Part shown: piece after piece, positions 37,348 to 45,938 of the stretch | Layout: each line of letters opens with the position of its first letter | Numbering within the stretch: position 1 is the stretch's first letter | Source: Patescibacteria group bacterium | GTDB taxonomy: Bacteria > Omnitrophota > Gorgyraeia > Gygaellales > Profunditerraquicolaceae | NCBI GenBank assembly: GCA_035506195.1 | Contig: DATJPV010000028.1 | Span: forward strand, 8,711 to 72,710 | Reading direction: 5' to 3' | DNA length: 64,000 nt | Made by a program: the position numbers and the translations under genes | Notes under the pieces: model-generated | Told to the model about the DNA's origin: nothing | Database searches by the model: none | What the model saw: the letters and a program-made list of their open reading frames with translations, nothing else

Positions 37348-37470
37348 TTACTTATCGGAGCCATCCCCGAAGGGGATGAGCCTCCCGCGTTACTTATCTG
37401 AGCCACCCCCGTAGGGGATGAGCCCCCCCATCTTACTTATCTGAGCCACCCCCGTAGGGGGTGAGCCCCT
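37348..37470 (-). repeat. Three tandem ~42-bp repeats, each carrying a GC-rich 7-bp hairpin, in the tRNA-Leu / tRNA-Val spacer
   Basis: Units start at 37348, 37390 and 37433. Transcribed strand reads GGCTCA(T)CCCC-(TTCG|TAC)-GGGG(A/G)TGGCTC(C/A)GATAAGTAA. Confidence 0.6.
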
Positions 37471-37480
37471 TAAAGCGCAG

Positions 37481-37564
37481 TGCCGGGGGAGGGAATTGAA
37501 CCCACAAGACCTTACGGTCGCGGGATTTTAAGTCCCGTGCGTTTGCCAGTTTCGCCACCCCGGC
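37481..37564 (-). tRNA. tRNA-Leu (anticodon TAA), long variable arm
   Basis: Reverse complement GCCGGGGTGGCGAAACTGGCAAACGC-ACGGGA-CTTAAAA-TCCCG-(variable arm)-...TTCAATTCC...CCCCGGCA. 84 nt type-II tRNA. Confidence 0.8.
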
Positions 37565-37609
37565 GATTATCCTCTGTCCGCAGGCCCCTCTAGGCCACGA
37601 CAGGCACAC

Positions 37610-37684
37610 TGGAGGCGACGAGCGGAATCGAACCGCTGAATAGCTGTTTTGCAGACAGCTGCCTTGCCGCTTGGCTACGTCGCC
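37610..37684 (-). tRNA. tRNA-Cys (anticodon GCA), CCA encoded
   Basis: Reverse complement GGCGACGTAGCCAAGCGGCAAGGCA-GCTGT-CTGCAAA-ACAGC-...GGTTCGATTCCGCT-CGTCGCC-T-CCA. Confidence 0.85.
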
Positions 37685-37688
37685 AAAT

Positions 37689-38228
37689 CTAGACAAGCTT
37701 CTTTACTTCTTGAACTATCGTATCGATTTGTGCTAAACAGCCTATTCCGGTTTTTCCGCAGGCAAGCCGGCCTTTTCGCGGCGCAATAAATGCGTACCCT
37801 AACTTTTGCAGTTTACGGATGTTTTCCTGGGTAATCTTATTCACGTACATGCCTTCGTTCATCGCCGGACAGATGATGACCGGCGCGGCCGTGGCTGAAA
37901 TCAGACATGTTAACAGGTCATCGCAGATGCCGGAGGAGATTTTCGCAATAATGTTGGCGGTTGCTGGAGCGACGACGACTGCACTGGCTTTCTCTGCCAG
38001 GGACACATGGCCAATCTCCCAGCTGGCCGGCTCCTCGAACAGGCCGCCATAGACCATATTGCCGGAAAGGCTGCGGAATACTATCGGCTTAACCAGCTCC
38101 TCTGCCTCCCTGGTCATAACCACGGTAACCGCATAACCGGTTTCCCTGAACCGCCGCACCAAGTCGCAGGCTTTGTATATAGCAATGCTGGCGGTAACGC
38201 CTAACACAATATGTTTTTCTTTAGCCAT
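37689..38228 (-). CDS. coaC: Phosphopantothenoylcysteine decarboxylase (flavoprotein, CoaC half only)
   Basis: HIVLGVTASIAIYKA...PAMN flavoprotein family motifs; 179 aa, no CoaB ligase domain. Confidence 0.8.
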   Translation of the reverse strand: MAKEKHIVLGVTASIAIYKACDLVRRFRETGYAVTVVMTREAEELVKPIVFRSLSGNMVYGGLFEEPASWEIGHVSLAEKASAVVVAPATANIIAKISSGICDDLLTCLISATAAPVIICPAMNEGMYVNKITQENIRKLQKLGYAFIAPRKGRLACGKTGIGCLAQIDTIVQEVKKLV

Positions 38229-38233
38229 ATTCT

Positions 38234-38452
38234 TTATGACGCCTTTGCCTTCTTGCAGTGCAATCTGCCCTGGGCAACCTCATACAAGGCTACGGTAGAA
38301 GGTTTGACAGACGCATCCATCTCAACAAGCCGGGGTTGGCCTTCGGCAATTTCTAAGGCCCTTCGGGAGGTCATGATGACCAGTTTATAGATGGAGTTGT
38401 CGCTTTTATCCAGAAGCTTTTCCAAAGGTACATAAGGCGCATATGAAACCAT
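38234..38452 (-). CDS. rpoZ: DNA-directed RNA polymerase subunit omega
   Basis: 72 aa; NKYKLV..MTSRRAL.IAEG core motif; classic gmk-rpoZ adjacency. Confidence 0.8.
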   Translation of the reverse strand: MVSYAPYVPLEKLLDKSDNSIYKLVIMTSRRALEIAEGQPRLVEMDASVKPSTVALYEVAQGRLHCKKAKAS

Positions 38453-38455
38453 AGA

Positions 38456-39064
38456 TTAACCCTCTTTCTTCTTAAGGTTGCGTATTTTTTCTAGAATAAG
38501 GCCTTTCAACTCCGCAGCCACCTTATCCAGGTTGCGGTTTACCAGGCAATAGTCGTACCTGTTTGCGGACAAAAGCTCCTGCGCAGCCAGCCTCACGCGT
38601 TTACGGATCTCCGCCGTCTTGGTTGCGCTGCAACGATTGCGCATCCGCTGGCTCAAGACCTCCAAAGAAGGCGGAACAACAAACACCGTAACGGTATTTT
38701 TAGGGTATTGCCGCTTAATCCTGAGCGCTCCCTTGACATCAAGGCATAAAATAAGGTGCTTGCCCTTCTTCAACCGGCTCTCAAAGAAATCTTTGGGGGT
38801 GGCGTAATAATACCCTAAATAGCGCGTCCATTCAAGAATTTTTTTTGCCTTGAGGGCCTCTTTAAACTGTCCGTTGGTAATGAAAAAATAGTGCTTACCT
38901 TCCAGCTCTCCTGACCGCTGGGGCCGGGTAGCATAGGAAATCGACCTTGCCAGCTTGCGCCCGAGAGTCCGGTCTTGCAGGACCCTTTCCGCAAGAGTGG
39001 TCTTACCCGAACCCGAAGGCCCAGACAACACAAACACTAAACCCCGCAGGCGATTACGCTCCAT
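38456..39064 (-). CDS. gmk: Guanylate kinase
   Basis: VLSGPSGSGKTTL P-loop, SISYATRPQR...GEVEGKHYFF, LEVLSQRMRNR. Confidence 0.9.
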   Translation of the reverse strand: MERNRLRGLVFVLSGPSGSGKTTLAERVLQDRTLGRKLARSISYATRPQRSGELEGKHYFFITNGQFKEALKAKKILEWTRYLGYYYATPKDFFESRLKKGKHLILCLDVKGALRIKRQYPKNTVTVFVVPPSLEVLSQRMRNRCSATKTAEIRKRVRLAAQELLSANRYDYCLVNRNLDKVAAELKGLILEKIRNLKKKEG

Positions 39065-39892
39065 TTACTCTACGTTTTGCAGCTGTTCCCTTAACTTCTC
39101 GATTTCGCTTTTAACTTTGACAACCTTGGCAGAGATGTCTCCGGCGCAAGACTTGGCTCCCATGGTATTGGCCTCCCGCTGCATCTCCTGGGCAATAAAA
39201 TCAAGCTCTTTGCCGACGGCGCCACCCGTCGCGAGACGTTGCAAAAAATTGTTGAGGTGATAGCTGATTCGCTCCAGTTCTTCGGTGATGTCGGAGTTCT
39301 TCAGAAAACTCGCCCGCTCTTCCTCAACAGCAATCCCGGCCAGGCGTTCTTTAATGACCCTCTGAAACTTCTTCTTTATCGCGCCAACCGAGACTTTGAG
39401 CGCAGCCGCCCGGCTCTTGAGATAAACGTACAGCGCCCTGCCTTCCTTAAGCCGCATGGCCGCCAAACCGGCCACGGCCTGGCTGACCAGAGGGCTTAGC
39501 CGCGACCAAACCCTCTCCTTAGGGACGCCGCTATCCCCCAGGGCCAACACGCCTGGCAGGTTAATGAGGGCATCTAATCCCATCTCGCTTTTGATGCGGC
39601 ATTGGTTTTTTATTTTTTTCAACGCCGACATGTATTTCTTCAACAGCTCCTCATTGATAAAAACTTCGCGGGTAGGCGTACCGATTACGTTGACCACACA
39701 GGTAATGCGGCCGCGCTTTATTTTGCTTTCGACCTCTTTTTTTATTTTTTCTTCCAAAAACAAAAGTCCTTCCGGCAGATGGATTACCGTTTCTAAAAAC
39801 TTGTGATTGGTACTCCTTAGTTCTACGGATACTTTCCCCAGCGCATCGATCTTGGCTTCCTTGTTGCCGAAGCCGGTCATGCTATGTATCAT
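39065..39892 (-). CDS. yicC: YicC-family protein (DUF1732)
   Basis: MIHSMTGFG N-terminus conserved in YicC; C-terminal DUF1732-like region. Confidence 0.8.
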   Translation of the reverse strand: MIHSMTGFGNKEAKIDALGKVSVELRSTNHKFLETVIHLPEGLLFLEEKIKKEVESKIKRGRITCVVNVIGTPTREVFINEELLKKYMSALKKIKNQCRIKSEMGLDALINLPGVLALGDSGVPKERVWSRLSPLVSQAVAGLAAMRLKEGRALYVYLKSRAAALKVSVGAIKKKFQRVIKERLAGIAVEEERASFLKNSDITEELERISYHLNNFLQRLATGGAVGKELDFIAQEMQREANTMGAKSCAGDISAKVVKVKSEIEKLREQLQNVE

Positions 39893-39905
39893 CGTCTGCC
39901 TCCCT

Positions 39906-40409
39906 CTAGGCCCAGTCGCGCATTGCTAGCTTTTCTACGATAACTTCTTTCGACGGATATAAATTTACGATGATCTCATCCGGCTTGAACCAGAGCTTGA
40001 TTTCTCTCTCTGCCTCGGATTCGTTTGAAGAAACGTGGATCACGTTCTCATAAAGCCCTTTCGTGGTAATCCTGCCGTAAGCCCCGCGTATAGAAGTAGG
40101 ATCCGCTTCCTCCGGGTTGGTCGCGCCGGCAAGCTCCCGGCATTTTTTGATCGCGTCTCGACCCCAGTACACCAGAGCCATAACCTTACGCCGGTCATGA
40201 AGCTCTCCCTGCAAGTAGCGAATGAGCTCCTCAAAAAAAGGCTGGTCTTTCAGATGTTTATAGTGCTCGGTCGCCAGTTCGCAGGATACCCGCACCATTT
40301 TCGCAGCCATAATCTCTAGCTTTGTCTCCGATAGCCTGGTAAGGATGTTGCCGGTGAGCGATTTTTTTAACCCATCGGGTTTAATAAGGATTAAGACTGC
40401 CTGGCTCAT
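39906..40409 (-). CDS. ndk: Nucleoside diphosphate kinase-like protein
   Basis: LILIKPDGL...NVIHVSSNESEAEREI (NDK active-site His region), with a C-terminal extension. Confidence 0.7.
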   Translation of the reverse strand: MSQAVLILIKPDGLKKSLTGNILTRLSETKLEIMAAKMVRVSCELATEHYKHLKDQPFFEELIRYLQGELHDRRKVMALVYWGRDAIKKCRELAGATNPEEADPTSIRGAYGRITTKGLYENVIHVSSNESEAEREIKLWFKPDEIIVNLYPSKEVIVEKLAMRDWA

Positions 40410-41275
40410 GTAGTGTTTCCTCCTTTGATCCGATTGACGATCCTTTCTAGGTCTTCCTGCGAGTAAAACTCGATTACGATGCGCCCGCGTTTTTTTTGTT
40501 TGCTCACCCGGACCTTTGTCGCCAAAATGTGCTGCAGCTGTTCTTCGATAGCCGATACATAAAGATCGCCCGAACCTTGACGCACCTTTGGTTTAACCAG
40601 CCGCGGGCGTTTAGTTTTAAGCAGGTTTTCCAACTCTCGAACGGAAAGGTTTTTGCTGATAATTTCCTGGAGAAGCCGACGCTGTTGATTGGCGTCGTCT
40701 AACTCAAGGAGCGCGCGGCCGTGCGCAAAAGAAATACGCCCCCTACGCATCTCCTGTTGAATCTCGTGCGGTAAATTCAATAACCGTAATGTGTTAGCAA
40801 TTGTAGCCCTGGCCTTACCGAGTAATTCGCTAAGCCTGTCCTGGCTTAAATGAAATTTGTCGATCAGGTGTTTATATGCATGGGCCTCTTCGATGGGATT
40901 CAGATCTTGTCTTTGGATATTTTCGATCAAAGACAATTCTAACGAATCTTCATCTTCAGCATCCTTGATAATAGCTGGTATCTCTTTTAATTGCAATATG
41001 TTAGCTGCACGAAAACGGCGTTCACCGGCAATCAGCTCGTAATAATCTCCCGAGCGCCGCACGATGACCGGCTGAATAATGCCTTTTTCTTTGATCGATT
41101 GGGTTAGCTCTTGGAGGCCCTGGTCATCAAAATGTTCGCGGGGCTGTAAAGGATTCGGCTTGATTTGAGCTATGCTCAATCGCAAAACGTCGGCACCGCC
41201 AGTCTCGCTCTTCTGTTCTTTTTCCCTTTCGGGGATCAATGCGCCTATGCCTCTTCCTAATACCTTTTTATCCAT
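40406..41275 (-). CDS. parB: Chromosome partitioning protein ParB/Spo0J
   Basis: ParB box QPREHFD..L.ELT.SIKEKGIIQPVIVR, GERRFRA, HTH region. Confidence 0.9.
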   Translation of the reverse strand: MDKKVLGRGIGALIPEREKEQKSETGGADVLRLSIAQIKPNPLQPREHFDDQGLQELTQSIKEKGIIQPVIVRRSGDYYELIAGERRFRAANILQLKEIPAIIKDAEDEDSLELSLIENIQRQDLNPIEEAHAYKHLIDKFHLSQDRLSELLGKARATIANTLRLLNLPHEIQQEMRRGRISFAHGRALLELDDANQQRRLLQEIISKNLSVRELENLLKTKRPRLVKPKVRQGSGDLYVSAIEEQLQHILATKVRVSKQKKRGRIVIEFYSQEDLERIVNRIKGGNTT

Positions 41276-41290
41276 GCTCTCTCCTAAAAT

Positions 41291-42094
41291 TTATTGTCCC
41301 GCGGTTGTTGCTTCTGTACCATTAGGCTGGACCGCAGGTAATCCTAACATTTCTCTTACGAGGGCTTCGTATTTTTGCGCACCGATAGAATCCTTATCAT
41401 ATAACGCTACGGGCTTGCCAAAACTTGGAGCTTCGGTTAAGCGCACGCTGCGCGGAATAACTGTTTGGTAGACCTTGTCCTTAAAATAATTCCTTACTTC
41501 GTGAATCACCTCTTTCGTTAAATTTGTTCGAAAATCCGCCATGGTCAATAAAACTCCTTCGATGCCAAGCGAAGGATTGAGATTATCTTTCACAAGTTTA
41601 ATCGTATTAATAAGTTGTGTGACTCCTTCAAGGGCGTAATATTCGCATTGAACCGGCACAAGCACTGAATCTGAAGCACATAACGCGTTAATGGTCAATA
41701 GCCCCAGTGATGGCGGAGAGTCATTAAGAATGAAGTCGAAATTTTCCTTTTCCTTCTGCAACGCCTTTTTAAGCCGATATTCTCTCCCTAGTGCGCTGAC
41801 TAATTCTACTTCCGCACCAGTAAGATCGAGATTCGATGGTGCAACAAAAAAATTGTTAATTGCGGTGGTTTGGATAATTTCCTTGATGTCCAGCTCTTCG
41901 AGGATTACGTGGTAGGTACTCTGTTTTACATTGTGCCGGTTGATGCCGGCGCCGCTGGTGGCATTAGCTTGAGGATCTAAATCAACCAGCAAAACTTTTT
42001 TTCCGGCCAAGGCAAGATATGCAGCGAGATTAACTGCCGTCGTAGTTTTACCGGTGCCGCCTTTCTGATTGCAGATGGCAACAATTTTGCCCAT
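41291..42094 (-). CDS. parA: Chromosome partitioning ATPase ParA/Soj
   Basis: KGGTGKTTTAVNLAA deviant Walker A, DLDPQANAT. Confidence 0.9.
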   Translation of the reverse strand: MGKIVAICNQKGGTGKTTTAVNLAAYLALAGKKVLLVDLDPQANATSGAGINRHNVKQSTYHVILEELDIKEIIQTTAINNFFVAPSNLDLTGAEVELVSALGREYRLKKALQKEKENFDFILNDSPPSLGLLTINALCASDSVLVPVQCEYYALEGVTQLINTIKLVKDNLNPSLGIEGVLLTMADFRTNLTKEVIHEVRNYFKDKVYQTVIPRSVRLTEAPSFGKPVALYDKDSIGAQKYEALVREMLGLPAVQPNGTEATTAGQ

Positions 42095-42142
42095 TTACAG
42101 AATGTAAATTTGTAATTGCATTATTTATATAAAGTTACGCTA

Positions 42143-42158
42143 TGTTCCACGCGGAACA
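42143..42158. promoter_or_regulatory. parS-like centromere site TGTTCCACGCGGAACA (14/16 match to TGTTNCACGTGAAACA) upstream of parA
   Basis: Near-palindromic 16-mer in the AT-rich parA leader. Confidence 0.5.
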
Positions 42159-42213
42159 TTTTACCCGGCGACTGTCTTTACAAAGAACATTATCTTGCTT
42201 AAAAACAAACTTG

Positions 42214-42414
42214 TCAAGATTTTTCTTGTTGCGCAATTACGGTAACGCGTATCTTGGCAGGTTTAGCGCCGGGCATCCCAAACAGGCCTTTTTTCTCCTC
42301 GGAAAGCACTTCAATTTTTACTTTTTCCCGGGGAAGCTTCAATTCCTTCAGGGCTTTTTTTATCGCTTCTTCTATGGTTCTGCCCTCTACTTCTACACCT
42401 AATTTATCACTCAT
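42214..42414 (-). CDS. Jag_N-domain small protein (N-terminal domain of KhpB/Jag only)
   Basis: 66 aa, MSDKLGVEVEGRTIEEAIKKALKELKLPREKVKIEVL matches the Jag N-terminal domain; immediately downstream of yidC as in the conserved yidC-jag pair. Confidence 0.55.
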   Translation of the reverse strand: MSDKLGVEVEGRTIEEAIKKALKELKLPREKVKIEVLSEEKKGLFGMPGAKPAKIRVTVIAQQEKS

Positions 42415-43943
42415 TTGAGCCTGTTTATTTTAAATTGATTAAAAAGCATAATGGAACTATTGACCAGCCAGTACAATACCAAACCTGCGGGCATATTATA
42501 AAATATAAACAAAAACATCACCGGCATTATTATTGTCATTATTTTTTGTTGCTCATTTGCAGTTGCGCTTACGGCAGTCATTGATAGTTTTTGTTGTATA
42601 AACATAATCGCGGTCATTAATATTGGTAAAAGATTGATCTCTTTAATTGGACCAATTGCGGAGAAAGAAAATAAACGATCTGGCTGCGAAAGATCATTAA
42701 TCCACAGAAAATGTGCGCCTTTAAGTGATATCGACCGTATCATGGCTTGATATAGTGCAAAAAACACAGGTATTTGCAAAATTAAAGGTAAACAACCGCC
42801 CAATGGATTGACTTTATGGATCCGATATAAATCCATCATCTCTTTATTTAATTTTTGCGGATTATCCTTGTAAATTTTTCGCAGTTCTTCAATTTTTGGT
42901 TGCAATACCTGCATTTGTTTCATTGAGCGCATTTGTTGTAAAGAAAGAGGATAGAGCAAAAGAGAGATGCAGATGCTAAAAAGTATGATTGCCCAACCCC
43001 AATTATGCGCTATTCCATAAAGCCAATCTAAAATTTGAATTAATATGTGAGAAATAAAATCAAAGGTTCCGAAATATAAAACTGCAGTATACTCTGGATT
43101 GATTTGATTGATTAATTTTAATTCCTGTGGCCCTAAATAGATACGAAATTCTTGCACACTAGTTTTTCCAGTCTGTATCGTAATCGCTTTTGCGCTTAGG
43201 CCTATTTCCGATTCTTGTGCATTGATTTTACGTACAAAAGCAGAATAACCCGGAGATTTTGGTTGAATAATATTACAAAAATAATGATCTCGCAAACCTA
43301 AAAAGCGGATATTCTCAAAAATAGCATCTTTTTTAGCGCCGTTATGTATTGTTTTATCCGAAGTAACTACAGTAATATCTTTAAACCGGGTCTCAACTTG
43401 GTCTCCAGAAAAGTCTAAAATCCCAAGAATAATACCGGGATTAAACTCAATCTCCTTAGTGGATAAGTTTTGTACTTCTATATATAAATCTATGGTATAA
43501 TTTGAGTTATGAAAAATAAAACGTTTAATAACCTGTTTATCCTTATCTCGATGGACAAACAGCGCAGTATCGGAAGAGCTATTTTGTCGCTTAAAAAGCA
43601 AGTTTTTGTCAGTCAAGAGAAATCCTGATTTTAACGAAAAGTCGTAATTCTGGTATTTTTTAAAAACTGTATGTTTAATGATTGCAAGCTGTTCTATAAA
43701 TACAGGCTCACCTTTATCTTGCGGAAAAATAAAGGTAGTGGCGGGAGTTTCCGGTGCTTCCTCCGGAACAGCGGCAGGCAGAGATGTCGCCGGCGAAGGC
43801 GCGATCGACGGCTGGGAGGGTTTTGGTAGGGATACGGACCTTAAGGCTGTATTCTCCGGAGGCCGAAGCCGCGAAACAAGCGCCGACCACCCGAATATTA
43901 CTAAAAAGGACATTGCTATTGCGATAATTGTACGTTTTTCCAT
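42411..43943 (-). CDS. yidC: Membrane protein insertase YidC
   Basis: N-terminal TM, large periplasmic domain, C-terminal 5-TM core with ...QQ.KM..LQP... and PLGGCLP motifs. Confidence 0.9.
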   Translation of the reverse strand: MEKRTIIAIAMSFLVIFGWSALVSRLRPPENTALRSVSLPKPSQPSIAPSPATSLPAAVPEEAPETPATTFIFPQDKGEPVFIEQLAIIKHTVFKKYQNYDFSLKSGFLLTDKNLLFKRQNSSSDTALFVHRDKDKQVIKRFIFHNSNYTIDLYIEVQNLSTKEIEFNPGIILGILDFSGDQVETRFKDITVVTSDKTIHNGAKKDAIFENIRFLGLRDHYFCNIIQPKSPGYSAFVRKINAQESEIGLSAKAITIQTGKTSVQEFRIYLGPQELKLINQINPEYTAVLYFGTFDFISHILIQILDWLYGIAHNWGWAIILFSICISLLLYPLSLQQMRSMKQMQVLQPKIEELRKIYKDNPQKLNKEMMDLYRIHKVNPLGGCLPLILQIPVFFALYQAMIRSISLKGAHFLWINDLSQPDRLFSFSAIGPIKEINLLPILMTAIMFIQQKLSMTAVSATANEQQKIMTIIMPVMFLFIFYNMPAGLVLYWLVNSSIMLFNQFKINRLK

Positions 43944-43946
43944 GGT

Positions 43947-44162
43947 TTACTCTAGAGGGTCATATCCGGAGTGCGAAGAGAAGGGATGGCATTTACACAG
44001 GCGCCTCACCGCTTTTGCCGCGCCGACAACGACCCCGTATTTTTCAATTGCCTGCTTGGCATACTCCGAGCAGCTCGGAAAGAAGCGGCAGCAGGGTGGC
44101 AACGCAACCCGAAGGCATTGCTGATAGAAAGCGATAGCACTAAGACAAGTGCGCGAAAGCAT
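43947..44162 (-). CDS. yidD: Membrane protein insertion efficiency factor YidD
   Basis: YQ..LS...PP.CRF.PSCSEYA..A....G highly conserved YidD signature; start overlaps the rpmH stop (TAATG). Confidence 0.85.
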   Translation of the reverse strand: MLSRTCLSAIAFYQQCLRVALPPCCRFFPSCSEYAKQAIEKYGVVVGAAKAVRRLCKCHPFSSHSGYDPLE

Positions 44163-44299
44163 TATATGGAGATTCTTTTTCGGCCCTGTTTCCGTCGACG
44201 GGAAAGAACCGCCCTTCCCGACTTGGTGCGCATCTTAGCGCGAAAACCGTGGCGCCGTTTTCCGACCAGATTCGAGGGGGTTTTTAAGTTTTTCTTCAT
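44162..44299 (-). CDS. rpmH: 50S ribosomal protein L34 (below the ORF-track size cutoff)
   Basis: Manual translation of the minus strand gives [45 protein letters not shown], matching the bL34 HGFR..M.T..GR.VL.RRR..GRKRL consensus. Confidence 0.85.
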   Translation of the reverse strand: MKKNLKTPSNLVGKRRHGFRAKMRTKSGRAVLSRRRKQGRKRISI

Positions 44300-44597
44300 T
44301 GTGTTGTCTCCGTTTTAAAAATTTTCATCATTATAACACAAGCCCGCCCTAAGTCAACAGCCTCGGGCTTAATTTGAAGGACGATTGTAACACACAAATT
44401 ACTGCCGGTCAAGATAAACTATATTTTTATTTTCTAGAGGCAAGATATTATATTTTTATTGACGCCTCGCAGAAAAGCAGTATAATAATGCGCGCTTAAC
44501 TTTGTTGCTTGCAGATATCTTTTTCTCTGTTATAATATTTTCCACAGGTTTATTCAAGTTGTGCATAAACTGTGGATTGTGTGCAAAGGAACTAGTT
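44300..44597. promoter_or_regulatory. Candidate oriC / dnaA control region: AT-rich, DnaA-box-like 9-mers, dnaA promoters
   Basis: TTTTCCACA (44538-44546) and CAATCCACA (rc of 44571-44579) resemble TTATCCACA. TTGACG-16-TATAAT (44459-44486) and a second TATAAT at 44531. Gene strand switches exactly here. Confidence 0.5.
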
Positions 44598-45938
44598 GTG
44601 GCCCGCACCGACCTTCACCACGCATGGGATAAGGCTAAAACACACCTCAAGGAACACCTCGGAGAGACCGTGTTTGAAACCTGGATCCTGCCTTTAAAGC
44701 CAGTGCTGCAGAGCGAGGGGGCATTAAGCCTGGCTGCTCCAGATGCCTTCTTTCGAGACTGGGTAGAAAAACACTACAAGGCAGATATAGGCGAGGCCCT
44801 GCGTGCCTATACTAAAGAAGAGGTAGTCGTATCCTTAAGCATTGCTCCGGCCGGTGGCCAGCCGGCAAGCAAGCCGCACGCCGCTACTCCGGGGCGCGCC
44901 GCCGAACTGCCGGATAGCTTTAGTTTAAACCCCCGCTATACCTTTGAAAATTTTGTGGTTGGCCCCTCGAACCGGCACGCCCATGCGTATTCCCTGGCCG
45001 TGGCCGAATCCCCCGCCAAGACGTATAATCCTTTGTTTATCTATGGCGGCGTGGGCCTGGGGAAAACCCACCTTATGCAGGCTATCTGCCATTACATCAG
45101 AAACAAGAGCCCCACTCATGTCAAGATCTGCTATATGACCTCGGAGAAGTTCACTAACGAATTAATCGACGGCATTCAACATCACTCCACATCGGCTTTC
45201 CGCCAGAAATACCGCAGCGTCGACGTGCTTGTTATAGACGACATCCATTTTATCGCCGGCAAAGAATCCACCCAGGAAGAGTTTTTCCATACCTTCAACG
45301 CGCTGTTCGACGCGCACAAACAAATCATCATTTCTTCCGACCGGCCGCCGAAAGAAATCGCTAACCTCCAAGACCGCCTGGTGTCGCGTTTCAGTTGGGG
45401 CTTAACCACCGATATTCAGCCGCCTGACCTAGAAACCCGGGTCGCCATTTTGAAAAAAAAGATCGAGCGGGAACCGGTGGCCGTACCGGATGAAGTTATA
45501 TTTTTTATCGCTCAGCTGATAAAAACGAACATCCGGGAGCTGGAGGGGGCGTTGATACGTATTATCGCTTATTCTCTACTGGAGGAAAAACCCATTACTT
45601 TGGAACTGGCCAAGGGGGTTTTAAAGGACCTTCTGAAAGAGCCGCAAAAATTGATTACGGTTGATTTTATACAGCGGTGTGTGGCGGAAGAATTTGGCCT
45701 TACGCTGCATGACTTAAAAACAAAACGCCGCAACAAGACCGTAGTCTTTCCTCGGCAAATTGCTATGTATTTGAGCCGAGAAATGACGGATTTGTCCTTA
45801 CCGGAAATCGGGGAACATTTTGGGGGTAAGGACCATACAACGGTTTTGCATTCATACAACAAGATTAAAGAGGAATTAGCCAAAAACGGGGGATTAAAAA
45901 CCAGGGTCGAACGAGTTGTAAATATTATTAAACAGTGA
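44598..45938 (+). CDS. dnaA: Chromosomal replication initiator protein DnaA
   Basis: AAA+ Walker A GGVGLGKTHL, sensor motifs, C-terminal DNA-binding helix-turn-helix. Start proposed at in-frame GTG 44598 (AAGGA 8 nt upstream); the long ORF begins at 44502. Confidence 0.9.
   Translation: MARTDLHHAWDKAKTHLKEHLGETVFETWILPLKPVLQSEGALSLAAPDAFFRDWVEKHYKADIGEALRAYTKEEVVVSLSIAPAGGQPASKPHAATPGRAAELPDSFSLNPRYTFENFVVGPSNRHAHAYSLAVAESPAKTYNPLFIYGGVGLGKTHLMQAICHYIRNKSPTHVKICYMTSEKFTNELIDGIQHHSTSAFRQKYRSVDVLVIDDIHFIAGKESTQEEFFHTFNALFDAHKQIIISSDRPPKEIANLQDRLVSRFSWGLTTDIQPPDLETRVAILKKKIEREPVAVPDEVIFFIAQLIKTNIRELEGALIRIIAYSLLEEKPITLELAKGVLKDLLKEPQKLITVDFIQRCVAEEFGLTLHDLKTKRRNKTVVFPRQIAMYLSREMTDLSLPEIGEHFGGKDHTTVLHSYNKIKEELAKNGGLKTRVERVVNIIKQ

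Noticed and set aside
37348-37470. CRISPR array (regularly spaced repeats)
   Set aside because: The 42-bp units abut each other with no unique spacers, and they sit inside a tRNA operon. There are only three copies and no cas genes.
37433-37696. 87-aa ORF in the six-frame track
   Set aside because: It lies entirely within the tRNA-Leu / tRNA-Cys genes and their spacer; artefactual.
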